Assembly: GCA_965215365.1 (NCBI GenBank)
Contig: CBDCDS010000003.1
Location: forward strand, 1,216,001 to 1,280,000
Direction of reading: 5' to 3'
Length of the DNA: 64,000 bases
Origin: Gammaproteobacteria bacterium
GTDB lineage: Bacteria > Pseudomonadota > Gammaproteobacteria > Eutrophobiales > Eutrophobiaceae
Position 1 is the first letter of the stretch. Each line of letters starts with the position of its first letter. Under the pieces are notes generated by a model, which ran no database searches, had not been told where the DNA came from, and saw only the letters and a program-made list of their open reading frames with translations. Both the position numbers and the translations under genes were made by a program. Shown here one piece after another: positions 20,032 through 29,378 of this stretch.

Positions 20032-20225
20032 AAGACCATGGAGCTTGATATGAATTACGAATTGATCACTATAATTTTTACCATCCTGTTGTCTTGGGCT
20101 TCAATAGTCTGGTTTATCTGGACAACCCATAAGGATACTCATGAGCAGATAGCTGGTTTGCATGAGCGCATGGCCAGCCTAGAAGGCAAAATAAGCGTTA
20201 TGATGGATATGTTTCAATCCTGGCT
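20032..20225 (+). repeat. 194-bp direct repeat, right copy
   Basis: Matches 17944-18137 by eye. Confidence 0.93.
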
Positions 20226-20256
20226 CAATGATAAGACTTGCCAAAGTGTAAACTGA
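20038..20256 (+). CDS. Small TM plus coiled-coil protein (original C-terminus)
   Basis: 72 aa: hydrophobic helix, then IAGLHERMASLEGKI heptads. Confidence 0.65.
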   Translation: MELDMNYELITIIFTILLSWASIVWFIWTTHKDTHEQIAGLHERMASLEGKISVMMDMFQSWLNDKTCQSVN

Positions 20257-20268
20257 CGTTGCGTCAGG

Positions 20269-22062
20269 TTACTCCAGGCTGAACGTCAGTAGCTCATCCC
20301 CGACTTCATAACCGAACAGGGCATTGCCGCCCGCGGCTACGGTAATGTACTGTTTGCCCCGGTGCAGGTAGCTCACCGGCGGGGCGTTGACGCCATATTC
20401 GGCCTGATGGCGCCACAGAGGCGTTCCGTGGTGGGCGTCGTAGGCAACGAACAGGCCGTTGCCTTCGCCGGTAAAGACTAGGTCGCCGGCTGTGGCCAGC
20501 GCGCCGCCGACCATAGGTTGCGCCACTTGCCGTTGCCAGACCAGTTTGCCGGAGGCGACATCTATGGCGCTGAGCAGACCCCAGTCGGGCTCGGCGGCTT
20601 TCCGAAAAAAGGTAAAACTCTGCCAAGGTGCGCCCGCCTGCGGCTCCAACTTGCGGGAAAAGAACAGGGAAGGCTGGTAGAGGCCCGGGATATACACTTG
20701 TTGTAAGCCGGGATGGTAGGCCACCGGTGACCAGGACACGGCGCCCAAAGTGCCGGGCACGATGCGCACGCCGGCCGCTGACGGCGGCGCGAACAGGTTG
20801 TCCTGGTTGATGAATGGCTCGCTGCGGCGGATCAGCTCGCCGGTCTGCCGATCATGGATGAAGAACCAGCCCAGTTTGCTGGCTTGTCCCACCGCCTTGA
20901 TCGTTTCGCCGTTTTCAACCAGGTCGAACAGCACCGGCGGACTGGCAACGTCATAACCCCAACGGTCGTGTGGCACTTGCTGGTAATGCCAGCGCAGCTT
21001 GCCCGTGTCTGCTTCCAGCGCCACCAGGCTGACGGTATAAAGGTTGTCGCCGGGGCGGGTCGAGGCCTCCAGCTGCGGCGACGGGTTGCCGGTGCCGATA
21101 TAGATCAGGCCCAGTTGCGGGTCTATAGCCGGGGTGGTGTAAATGGAGCCGCCACCGTAGCGCCAGCTATCGGAGTAGGTCCGGTTGGCGCGTCGTTCTG
21201 CGGCCAGGTCCCGATTCAGCACCACACCGTAGTCGGTTTGCCGGCGCCACTGCCCCTGCCAGCCGGTTTCCGGGGTGCTGTGCCAGCGCCAGATTTCGGC
21301 GCCGGTTTCCACCTCGTAGGCAACCATAAAACCTCGTAATCCGTGCCCGCCTCCGGACTCAGAACTTCCTGACAGGCCGCCCACCGACAGCACTTGCTCA
21401 CCATCCTGCACTAAGTCCAAGTGCAGGCCGTAACCGGCGCCGGAAATACCTACCAGCACCTTGCCGGCAAACACCTGCGGCGCCAGATTAGCAGTATAGC
21501 CGGTCGGCCCCGATTGTGTTGCGCTCTTGAGTTCAGCCAGGCCCGACCGCGCCGCCAGTCGTTCGGCGTTGCCGGCCTCGGTATCTGCAATCGCCACGTC
21601 CCAGACTACCTCGCCGGTATGCCGATTCAGTGCCAGCAGGCGCGCGTCGATAGTCACCGTGAACACTTTGTCCCCATGCAGCGCCGGCCCGCGATTAGCA
21701 GGCCCACAGCAGTAGTTGCCGTCTTCCGGCAGTTCATGGTGGTAGCGCCATAATTCCTTGCCCGTATCGGCACGCAACGCGATGACATCGTTGTACGGGG
21801 TAGTCAGGTACATGATGCCATCCCGTACCAGCGGCGAGGTCTGAAACGAGCCGAATTTACCGGTATTAAAACGCCAGGCCAGCCGTAGCCGTTGCACGTT
21901 GCCGGTATTGATTTGAGACAGGGGGCTGAAGCGCTGATTGTCAAAACTGCGCCCGTACAGCAGCCAGTCACTGCTGCCGGTCAGGATGACCTCGGCGCTG
22001 ACCGGCGGCAACAGCAGCAGGATCAGGGTCGCGACAATGGCGTCTCTTATGGTGTTTTGCAT
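20269..22062 (-). CDS. PQQ-dependent dehydrogenase-like beta-propeller protein with atypical active site
   Basis: Signal peptide, RFSPL.QIN..NV..L, vicinal CC + NRG, GTGNP, RPGDNLY, HDRWGYD, GKQYI.V.AGG. Confidence 0.88.
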   Translation of the reverse strand: MQNTIRDAIVATLILLLLPPVSAEVILTGSSDWLLYGRSFDNQRFSPLSQINTGNVQRLRLAWRFNTGKFGSFQTSPLVRDGIMYLTTPYNDVIALRADTGKELWRYHHELPEDGNYCCGPANRGPALHGDKVFTVTIDARLLALNRHTGEVVWDVAIADTEAGNAERLAARSGLAELKSATQSGPTGYTANLAPQVFAGKVLVGISGAGYGLHLDLVQDGEQVLSVGGLSGSSESGGGHGLRGFMVAYEVETGAEIWRWHSTPETGWQGQWRRQTDYGVVLNRDLAAERRANRTYSDSWRYGGGSIYTTPAIDPQLGLIYIGTGNPSPQLEASTRPGDNLYTVSLVALEADTGKLRWHYQQVPHDRWGYDVASPPVLFDLVENGETIKAVGQASKLGWFFIHDRQTGELIRRSEPFINQDNLFAPPSAAGVRIVPGTLGAVSWSPVAYHPGLQQVYIPGLYQPSLFFSRKLEPQAGAPWQSFTFFRKAAEPDWGLLSAIDVASGKLVWQRQVAQPMVGGALATAGDLVFTGEGNGLFVAYDAHHGTPLWRHQAEYGVNAPPVSYLHRGKQYITVAAGGNALFGYEVGDELLTFSLE

Positions 22063-22163
22063 TTTCTTTTTTGAAAAAAGGTGTACAATAGCGCACTTTC
22101 CGTTGGTCAATGTCAACTATCAGCAGCAACCGACAGGACATTGACCGGTACAAGGTTTATTTT

Positions 22164-22421
22164 ATGGTAACACTACGATTAGCGCGCGCAGGCGCAAAGA
22201 AAAGGCCTTTTTATCACATAGTGGCTGCTGATTCACGCAGTCCCCGCGACGGCAGGTACATTGAACGGCTGGGTTATTTCAACCCGATTGCCGGCGCCCG
22301 GGAGCAGCAACTGCAGCTGGAGCAGGCGCGCGTGGATTACTGGCTGTCTCACGGCGCGCAGCCCTCTGCGCGCGTGGCGCAACTGATCAAACTCAACGCC
22401 GGAAGCACAGCCGCTTCGTGA
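22164..22421 (+). CDS. rpsP: 30S ribosomal protein S16
   Basis: [26 protein letters not shown]. Confidence 0.97.
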   Translation: MVTLRLARAGAKKRPFYHIVAADSRSPRDGRYIERLGYFNPIAGAREQQLQLEQARVDYWLSHGAQPSARVAQLIKLNAGSTAAS

Positions 22422-22984
22422 GCCCCATGCCGTCCCGGGCGGGTGATGAACTTGCCGCTCATAAGCCTGCCGGCGGCGAGTCGGAAAGACGCATTATTAT
22501 CGGCAGGATCTCCGGCGTACACGGGATACGTGGTTGGCTGAAGTTGTTCTCCTACACAGAGCCCAGGGAAAACATCTTTTTGTACCAGCCTTGGTTGCTG
22601 GGCAGGGACAATGGCGCGAGCTGGACTGAGGTCGAGTTCGTTGACCACGGTGCCAGCGGCAAGAATCTGGTGGTGAAGCTGCCGGGGCTTGAGGACCGGG
22701 AGACAGCTTTGACTCGGGTCGGCGCTATGCTGGCACTGAGCCGGGAGCAGTTGCCGGTGCCGGAACCGGGTGAGTATTACTGGGCTGATCTGATGGGCAT
22801 GGAGGTGGTGACGTTGACCGGGGAGGGTCTGGGCCGGGTGGTCGATATCCGCGCCACTGGTGCCAATGACGTGCTGATCGTGCAAGGCGAGAAGCGCCGC
22901 GTCATCCCGTTCGTGATGGCAGAAGTTGTCAGGCAGGTGGATCAGGCCGGCGCCGTTATTACAGTAAACTGGCCCTGGGATTAG
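22418..22984 (+). CDS. rimM: Ribosome maturation factor RimM (start uncertain)
   Basis: [29 protein letters not shown]. Confidence 0.94.
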   Translation: MSPMPSRAGDELAAHKPAGGESERRIIIGRISGVHGIRGWLKLFSYTEPRENIFLYQPWLLGRDNGASWTEVEFVDHGASGKNLVVKLPGLEDRETALTRVGAMLALSREQLPVPEPGEYYWADLMGMEVVTLTGEGLGRVVDIRATGANDVLIVQGEKRRVIPFVMAEVVRQVDQAGAVITVNWPWD

Positions 22985-23009
22985 CCCTGAGGTCAGCCTC
23001 GAGGTTGGC

Positions 23010-23750
23010 ATGGAATTAGCGATTGGCGTGGTAACGCTGTTCCCGGAGATGTTTGCCGCGGTGCGCGAGTATGGTATCACCGGAAAAGCGGTGGATGCGG
23101 GATTGTTGCAACTCAGCCCGATCAATCCGCGTGATCATGCGCCGGACCGGCACCGCAACGTGGATGACAGGCCCTATGGCGGCGGCCCCGGCATGGTGAT
23201 GCTGGCGGCGCCGTTGCTGGCGGCCATTCGCGCCGCCCGGCAGGCGTTGCCCGGGGCCGCAGTGGCCTACCTGTCGCCCCAGGGACGGCAACTCAAGCAG
23301 CAGGACGTGATGGATTTTGCCAGCCGGCGCTCGTTCATCCTGGTCGCCGGCCGTTATGAGGGCGTGGATGAACGGGTCATCGAACTGGAAGTTGACGAGG
23401 AGTGGTCCATCGGCGATTACGTGCTCAGCGGCGGTGAGCTGGCGGCCATGGTATTGATTGACGCGGTGGCAAGATGCTTGCCGGGGGCTTTGGGGAACGC
23501 AGAATCCGCCGTGGAGGATTCATTCTTTCGCGGCCTGCTGGACTGCCCCCACTACACCCGACCGGAAGTGGTGGAAGGCCGGGCGACGCCGCCGGTGTTG
23601 TTGAGTGGCGACCATGGAGCGGTGCGCAAGTGGCGCCTGAAACAGGCGCTGGGCCGCACCTGGAAACGGCGTCCCGACTTGCTGCAAGCGCGGGGCCTGG
23701 ACGCGCAAGAACAGGCGCTGCTGGATGAATACCTCAGGGAAGACGATTGA
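23010..23750 (+). CDS. trmD: tRNA (guanine-N1)-methyltransferase
   Basis: [32 protein letters not shown]. Confidence 0.97.
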   Translation: MELAIGVVTLFPEMFAAVREYGITGKAVDAGLLQLSPINPRDHAPDRHRNVDDRPYGGGPGMVMLAAPLLAAIRAARQALPGAAVAYLSPQGRQLKQQDVMDFASRRSFILVAGRYEGVDERVIELEVDEEWSIGDYVLSGGELAAMVLIDAVARCLPGALGNAESAVEDSFFRGLLDCPHYTRPEVVEGRATPPVLLSGDHGAVRKWRLKQALGRTWKRRPDLLQARGLDAQEQALLDEYLREDD

Positions 23751-23807
23751 GCGGTACCGGTGCGCTTCTGATTTTTAGAGGTGCGCATATATCTGAGATC
23801 CGGAAGC

Positions 23808-24164
23808 ATGGCAAATATTATTGAACAACTCGAAGCAGAACAATGTACCCGGGAACTCCCGGAGTTTCATCCCGGTGACACCGTGGTGGTGCAGGTCAAG
23901 GTGGTGGAAGGTCAACGCGAGCGCTTGCAGGCGTTTGAAGGCACGGTGATCGCGAAGAAGAACCGCGGCCTTAATTCCTCGTTCACGGTACGCAAAATTT
24001 CCTACGGTGAAGGCGTGGAGCGGGTGTTTCAGACTCACAGTCCGAGCATTGCCGGCCTGTCCGTGAAACGGCGCGGCGATGTGCGCCGGGCCAAGCTGTA
24101 CTACATGCGCGAGCGCCGCGGCAAGGCCGCCCGGATCAAGGAGAAGATCAAGCCGTCATCCTGA
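23808..24164 (+). CDS. rplS: 50S ribosomal protein L19
   Basis: [24 protein letters not shown]. Confidence 0.97.
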   Translation: MANIIEQLEAEQCTRELPEFHPGDTVVVQVKVVEGQRERLQAFEGTVIAKKNRGLNSSFTVRKISYGEGVERVFQTHSPSIAGLSVKRRGDVRRAKLYYMRERRGKAARIKEKIKPSS

Positions 24165-24174
24165 AGGGCTGTCT

Positions 24175-25059
24175 GTGGATGACAGAGCGCTCATCGATCA
24201 GTTTCTCGATGCCTTGTGGTTGGAGCGAGGGTTGAGTGAGAATACCCTCAGTGCCTACCGCAGTGACCTTTATTCATACTCCGCTTGGCTGGCTGGCACC
24301 TCCCGGGAGTTGTTGCAGTCGCAGCCTGAGGAGGTGCTCGGCTACCTGGCCACACTGACCGGTAAATCCGCCCGCACCAGTGCCCGACACCTGTCGGCGC
24401 TGCGCCGCTTGTTCCAATACCTGGCCCGGGAGCAGTATATCGACCATGACCCCTGCGCTCGTATCCCGGCCCCGCGCATTGGCCGTCCCTTACCGAAGTC
24501 CCTGACTGAACAAGAAGTGGAGAACCTGCTGGAGGTGCCGGACACCGCCACCGCTCTGGGTTTGCGCGACCGGGCCATGCTGGAGGTGTTGTACGCCACC
24601 GGATTGCGGGTATCGGAGCTGGTCAGCCTGCAACTGGGGCAGGTAAATTTACGGCAGGGCGTGATCCGGGTGCTCGGCAAGGGTAACAAGGAACGCCTGA
24701 CGCCGCTGGGCGAGGAGGCTGCCGACTGGGTGCAGAAATTCATGCGCCAGGGGCGTGCGGAACTGCTGACGGCCACAGCTACTCCGGCCCTGTTCCCGAG
24801 CCGCAGGGGCGGCATGATGACGCGCCAGACCTTCTGGCACGCGGTAAAACGCTATGCGTTGCAGGCCGGTATCAACCAGAAATTATCGCCGCATGTACTG
24901 CGACATGCGTTCGCCACCCACTTGCTCAACCATGGCGCCGACCTGCGCGTAGTGCAGATGCTGCTGGGTCACAGCGATATATCCACCACCCAGATCTACA
25001 CCCATGTTGCCCGCGAACGGCTGAAAAACCTGCACGCCGAACACCATCCGCGCGGGTAG
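24175..25059 (+). CDS. xerD: Tyrosine recombinase XerD
   Basis: LWLERGLSENTL.AY, ATGLRVSEL, SPHVLRHAFATHLLNHGADLR, STTQIYTHVA; upstream of dsbC. Confidence 0.95.
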   Translation: MDDRALIDQFLDALWLERGLSENTLSAYRSDLYSYSAWLAGTSRELLQSQPEEVLGYLATLTGKSARTSARHLSALRRLFQYLAREQYIDHDPCARIPAPRIGRPLPKSLTEQEVENLLEVPDTATALGLRDRAMLEVLYATGLRVSELVSLQLGQVNLRQGVIRVLGKGNKERLTPLGEEAADWVQKFMRQGRAELLTATATPALFPSRRGGMMTRQTFWHAVKRYALQAGINQKLSPHVLRHAFATHLLNHGADLRVVQMLLGHSDISTTQIYTHVARERLKNLHAEHHPRG

Positions 25060-25088
25060 CATGATTTTTGGTCGGCGCGGTTACTTGT

Positions 25089-25167
25089 GGTAACCTCTGC
25101 TTATGTGCTTAAAAATGGCAGCATATCCATAATACTGCAAAGGCACTTCTAATTTTTAGAGGTGCCT
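25089..25167. repeat. Family B repeat remnant
   Basis: Inverted homolog of 1313-1370 (AAAAATGGCAGCATATCC...GGCACTTCTAATTTTTAGAGGTGCC). Confidence 0.75.
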
Positions 25168-25218
25168 TTGTGTTATAGTCAACGCCGGTTGTTGCACCTT
25201 CCGGAGACTGAGAATACC

Positions 25219-25935
25219 ATGCACAAAATTCTGATACCGTTTTTATTCACGTTGCTCTGCACCGGCGCGGCGTATGCCGATGCCGACCGCGACGAGCGCT
25301 TGCGCCAAGCCATTACCGGGGTTTTCCCTGACGTTCAGATTACCCGCGTCAAGCCCGCTCCCATCCCCGGCCTGTACGAGGTGATGCTGGGCACGGAGCT
25401 GTTGTACCTGAGCGAGGATGGCCGCTACCTCCTGCAAGGAGACCTGATCGACCTGGGCGACCGCGTCAACCTGAGCGAGCAGCAGCGCGCCGTGACGCGC
25501 AAGCAGATGCTGGCCGGCATCCCCGTCTCCGAGACCATTGATTTTGTTCCTGATGCCGCACAACACACGGTCTATGTGTTTACCGATATTACCTGCGGCT
25601 ATTGTCGGCGTTTTCATCGCGATGTGGCAGAATTGAACGAGCGCGGCGTGGCCGTGCGCTATTTGGCCTTCCCGCGTGCCGGCGTCGATTCGGAGGCGTT
25701 CACCGATATGGAATCGATATGGTGTGCGACAGACGCAAACGCAGCCATGACCCGGGCCAAGCTGACCGACGACGCGGTCACGCCGGCGCAATGTGACAAC
25801 CCGGTCAAACGCCAATACGAACTGGGGCAGGCCCTGGGCGTACGTGGCACCCCCGCCATCTACCTGGAAAACGGTGAGCAACTGCCCGGCTACGTCCCCC
25901 CGGACACCCTGCTGCAGGCGCTCGCCGGAGAATGA
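25219..25935 (+). CDS. dsbC: Disulfide isomerase DsbC
   Basis: FTDITCGYC, YLAFPRAG, GVRGTP. Confidence 0.94.
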   Translation: MHKILIPFLFTLLCTGAAYADADRDERLRQAITGVFPDVQITRVKPAPIPGLYEVMLGTELLYLSEDGRYLLQGDLIDLGDRVNLSEQQRAVTRKQMLAGIPVSETIDFVPDAAQHTVYVFTDITCGYCRRFHRDVAELNERGVAVRYLAFPRAGVDSEAFTDMESIWCATDANAAMTRAKLTDDAVTPAQCDNPVKRQYELGQALGVRGTPAIYLENGEQLPGYVPPDTLLQALAGE

Positions 25936-25951
25936 TAGAGGTGACCATAAA

Positions 25952-26776
25952 TCACCAACGCAGCGATTTAATCACCGCCACCGTGGTGCTGCCGTTTTTT
26001 TCGGTGTGTTCCACCTTTACCTGTAAATAATCGAGTTCCGGGGCGCACCAGAATGTGGATTTGCGGTCGTTGTCCGGTCTGTGTCTGAGCATTTTTATGG
26101 TGTTGAAACTGCCCAGAGGTGTCGCCACGACCTCCTCGCCCAGTTTCTCGAAGTGGTAGGTTTTGATGCGCCCGCCATCAGCTATCTGGTAGGCGGCAGG
26201 CGTGCGCCCGTGTTGCAGGTCGTGCATGATGGTAAGCTGGTACAGCAGCTTGTCCAGCACCCCGGGTTCCAGCGGCAAGTACCAGACGTCGCCATTGATG
26301 GTGTTTTTTATCTTGCCTGCGTCCCCGTCAAACTCTATGGAAACGGCGCGTTGTTTGCGGTGGCCGGTGCGATTGTAGCGGTAAGACAAAGGTTTCAGCG
26401 TGTCGTCTGCCAGCACCAGACGGCTGGCTTCGATGATGTGCAGCTTCCTGAATAACGAGATCAGGCCCACCGTTTTTGTCTCAGAACGGTACTCATAGGT
26501 GCCATCGTCGAGTCGGGTCAGGCTGCGCGTGACCCGGGCGGCCTGGGTATTTTTCGCATACAGGACATATTCCGCTACGAACGGGCGCAAGCCGCCGTCG
26601 TTACTGTGCGCCGCCCAGGCTTGCAGACCGGTGCCGCACAGCGCCGCCAACAGGGCGCTTCTGAAAATCCCATGCAGGACATTTTCAGAGGTTACTGACA
26701 GCCCGACAATACCTGTGCAATGAAGCTGCCGCGGCTTTATACTAACCGGGACATGCAAGCGATCTCTAGCCCGCAT
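25952..26776 (-). CDS. DUF3108-like exported protein (start uncertain)
   Basis: F.A.Y.L, E.S, LDKL.YQL, TPLG.F.T.K, WCAPEL.YL.VK.EH. Confidence 0.75.
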   Translation of the reverse strand: MRARDRLHVPVSIKPRQLHCTGIVGLSVTSENVLHGIFRSALLAALCGTGLQAWAAHSNDGGLRPFVAEYVLYAKNTQAARVTRSLTRLDDGTYEYRSETKTVGLISLFRKLHIIEASRLVLADDTLKPLSYRYNRTGHRKQRAVSIEFDGDAGKIKNTINGDVWYLPLEPGVLDKLLYQLTIMHDLQHGRTPAAYQIADGGRIKTYHFEKLGEEVVATPLGSFNTIKMLRHRPDNDRKSTFWCAPELDYLQVKVEHTEKNGSTTVAVIKSLRW

Positions 26777-27011
26777 ATCTCACCAAGGCGCTTATTGTCT
26801 TAGGTAACATTTTTGCTATCAACAAGTTATGATAATACTGCTGCTTTTTCCAAATAACACACTGCGCTTGATGCGCCCTCGCTGGTCTTTTGTGCGCCTG
26901 CGGGCGCCTGCTTACTCAACCAGAGAACCACTATGCTTTCGTTCACAGTCACCCGCAGGCGAACAAAATCCGGCGCGATCTTCGCATCACTTGGTGAGAT
27001 ATGCGGGCTAA
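26766..27011. mobile_element. Family A MITE, full copy
   Basis: CTAGCCCGCATATCTCACC ... GGTGAGATATGCGGGCTAA; inverted relative to the 5598 copy. Confidence 0.9.
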
Positions 27012-28437
27012 CAGTTTTATCCCCGGAGAACATGCACAAATCCTGGTAGTCGGTGACGTGATGCTGGACCGCTACGTCTATGGCGACGCCAGCCGCATTT
27101 CTCCGGAAGCGCCGGTGCCGGTAGTCAAGGTGGCGCGGGTCGAGGAGCGCCCTGGCGGCGCCGCCAACGTGGCCGCCAACATTGGCCGCCTGGGGGTCAA
27201 GGTCAGTCTGGCAGGCATAACCGGGGATGATGAACAGGCGCGGGTTCTGGAAGCGGCATTGGCGGAGTCGGGAGTGGGTTATGGCTGTTGTCGTCTGTCG
27301 GGCGCGTCCACTATAACCAAAGTGCGCGTGTTAAGTCAAAACCAACAGTTGTTGCGTTTAGACTACGAAGATGAATTGCCCGCTCCGGCCGCGGCGCGCC
27401 TCGTTGACAGTTTTCCCGAGCAACTGCTCGCGGCCACTCTGGTGGTGGTGTCTGATTATGCCAAGGGCACGCTGGCTCAGGCGCCGGCCCTGGTCGAGCT
27501 GGCGCGCGCGCGCGGCTTGCCGGTACTCATCGATCCTAAGGGTACGGATTTTTCCCGCTACCGGAACGCCTCAATATTGACGCCGAACTACCGGGAATTT
27601 ACGGCTGTAGCAGGTAGCTGCCGAGGCGAGGATGAACTGCGAGATAAGGCCGTGGCCCTGTGTGAGGCGCTGTCGCTGGAAGCTTTGCTCATTACCCGAG
27701 GGGCGCGCGGCATGACCCTGGTGGAGCGGGCCGGGCCTGAGTTTGTCGAGCTGCCGGCCGAGACCCATGAGGTGTTCGATGTAACCGGTGCCGGCGACAC
27801 CGTCATCGCCACGGTTGCCGCGGCTCTGGCATCCGGCTACAGCCGGCGCGCAGCCGTCAGCTTCGCCAACGCGGCCGCGGGCATTGCCGTGGAAAAGCTG
27901 GGCGCGGTCACCGTGAGCGCGGCGCAGCTGAATGCCCGCTGCGGGCGTCCCGCGCGCAAGCTGCTGACGCTCGATGAATTACTGCAAGCGCGCGCACACT
28001 GTCGGGGCCGGGGTGAGAAAATGGTACTGACCAACGGCTGTTTCGACCTGTTGCATGCCGGTCATGTCGAGTGCCTGGAGCAGGCCAGGGCACTGGGTGA
28101 CCGGCTGGTGGTAGCGGTCAACGATGATGCCTCCGTGCGCCGGCTGAAAGGCTCCGGGCGGCCGTTACAGGCGCTGGATAAACGTCTTAAGACCTTGGCG
28201 GGACTGACTGCGGTGGACTGGCTGGTGACGTTCTCCGAGGATACGCCGGCGCGCCTGGTGCAGGCGCTTGACCCCGACTTGTTGGTCAAGGGCGGCGATT
28301 ACACGCCGGACCGCATCGCTGGCGCCGCGCAGGTGCGGCAGCGTGGCGGGCAGGTCGTTACCTTGCCACTGCTGCCGGGCTGTTCCACCAGCGCACTGGC
28401 GGAGGCGCTCAGGAAAGCCGGGCGGGAGGAGCCATGA
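27001..28437 (+). CDS. hldE: Bifunctional heptose kinase/adenylyltransferase
   Basis: GDVMLDRY..G...RISPEAPVPV, DVTGAGDTV, TNGCFDLLHAGH. Confidence 0.95.
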   Translation: MRANSFIPGEHAQILVVGDVMLDRYVYGDASRISPEAPVPVVKVARVEERPGGAANVAANIGRLGVKVSLAGITGDDEQARVLEAALAESGVGYGCCRLSGASTITKVRVLSQNQQLLRLDYEDELPAPAAARLVDSFPEQLLAATLVVVSDYAKGTLAQAPALVELARARGLPVLIDPKGTDFSRYRNASILTPNYREFTAVAGSCRGEDELRDKAVALCEALSLEALLITRGARGMTLVERAGPEFVELPAETHEVFDVTGAGDTVIATVAAALASGYSRRAAVSFANAAAGIAVEKLGAVTVSAAQLNARCGRPARKLLTLDELLQARAHCRGRGEKMVLTNGCFDLLHAGHVECLEQARALGDRLVVAVNDDASVRRLKGSGRPLQALDKRLKTLAGLTAVDWLVTFSEDTPARLVQALDPDLLVKGGDYTPDRIAGAAQVRQRGGQVVTLPLLPGCSTSALAEALRKAGREEP

Positions 28438-29378
28438 TCATCGTCACCGGCGCCGCCGGGTTTATCGGCAGCAACCTGCTGCGTGGGCTGAACGCAGCGG
28501 GTCGCACAGACATTATCGCGGTCGATGACCTCACTGACGGCAGTAAGTTCAGCAATCTGGTGGCATGCGACTTGCTGGATTACCTGGACAAAGATGAGTT
28601 CATGGCGTCTCTGCCGCAACGGCTTGCCGGGGTGGAGGTGGTGTTTCACCAGGGCGCCTGCTCAGATACCCGCGTGCAGGACGGCAGGTTCATGCTGGCA
28701 AACAACTACACCTGGTCGCGGCGTCTGCTGGATGCCTGTCAGGATGCCGGCGTGCCGTTGATCTACGCCTCCAGCGCCGCGCTGTACGGCAACAGCCGGC
28801 GCTTTATCGAGGCGCCGCAGTATGAACGGCCGTTGAACGTGTATGGTTATTCCAAGTTGTTGTTCGACCGTTATGTGCGCACAGTGGCGGCGCAGTCGCA
28901 GACACCGATAGTCGGCCTCAGGTATTTCAACGTTTACGGTCCCGGGGAGCGGCACAAAGGCGCCATGGCCAGCATGATCTTCCGTTTGCACGAGCAACTG
29001 CTGAAAGACGGCGTTATGCAACTGTTCAAGGGCAGTGGTGGCTACGAGGAGGGTGAGCAACGCCGGGATTTTATTTATATTGATGACGTAGTGGATGTGA
29101 ATCTGTGGTGCATGCGACAACCCCAGGTGCGCGGTATCTTCAACGTCGGCTGCGGCAGCAGCAGGAGTTTTAACGATGTCGCCCGGCTGCTGGCGGACTG
29201 GCATGGCAAGGGCCGGGTAGAGTACATGGATTTTCCGCCGGACCTGCCGGCCACCTACCAGAGTTTTACCCAGGCGGATATCTCGGCATTGCGGGCGGCC
29301 GGCTACCGCAAGTCGTTCACCGGCCTGGAGCAGGGTATCAGGCAATATCTGGACAAGTTGGGCGGGCAACCGACCTGA
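28434..29378 (+). CDS. hldD: ADP-glyceromanno-heptose 6-epimerase
   Basis: TGAAGFIGSN, HQGACSDT, PLNVYGYSK, YQSFTQAD. Confidence 0.95.
   Translation: MIIVTGAAGFIGSNLLRGLNAAGRTDIIAVDDLTDGSKFSNLVACDLLDYLDKDEFMASLPQRLAGVEVVFHQGACSDTRVQDGRFMLANNYTWSRRLLDACQDAGVPLIYASSAALYGNSRRFIEAPQYERPLNVYGYSKLLFDRYVRTVAAQSQTPIVGLRYFNVYGPGERHKGAMASMIFRLHEQLLKDGVMQLFKGSGGYEEGEQRRDFIYIDDVVDVNLWCMRQPQVRGIFNVGCGSSRSFNDVARLLADWHGKGRVEYMDFPPDLPATYQSFTQADISALRAAGYRKSFTGLEQGIRQYLDKLGGQPT

Noticed and set aside
24175-25059. Tyrosine recombinase as integrase of a mobile element
   Set aside because: Sequence and xerD-dsbC context match housekeeping XerD.
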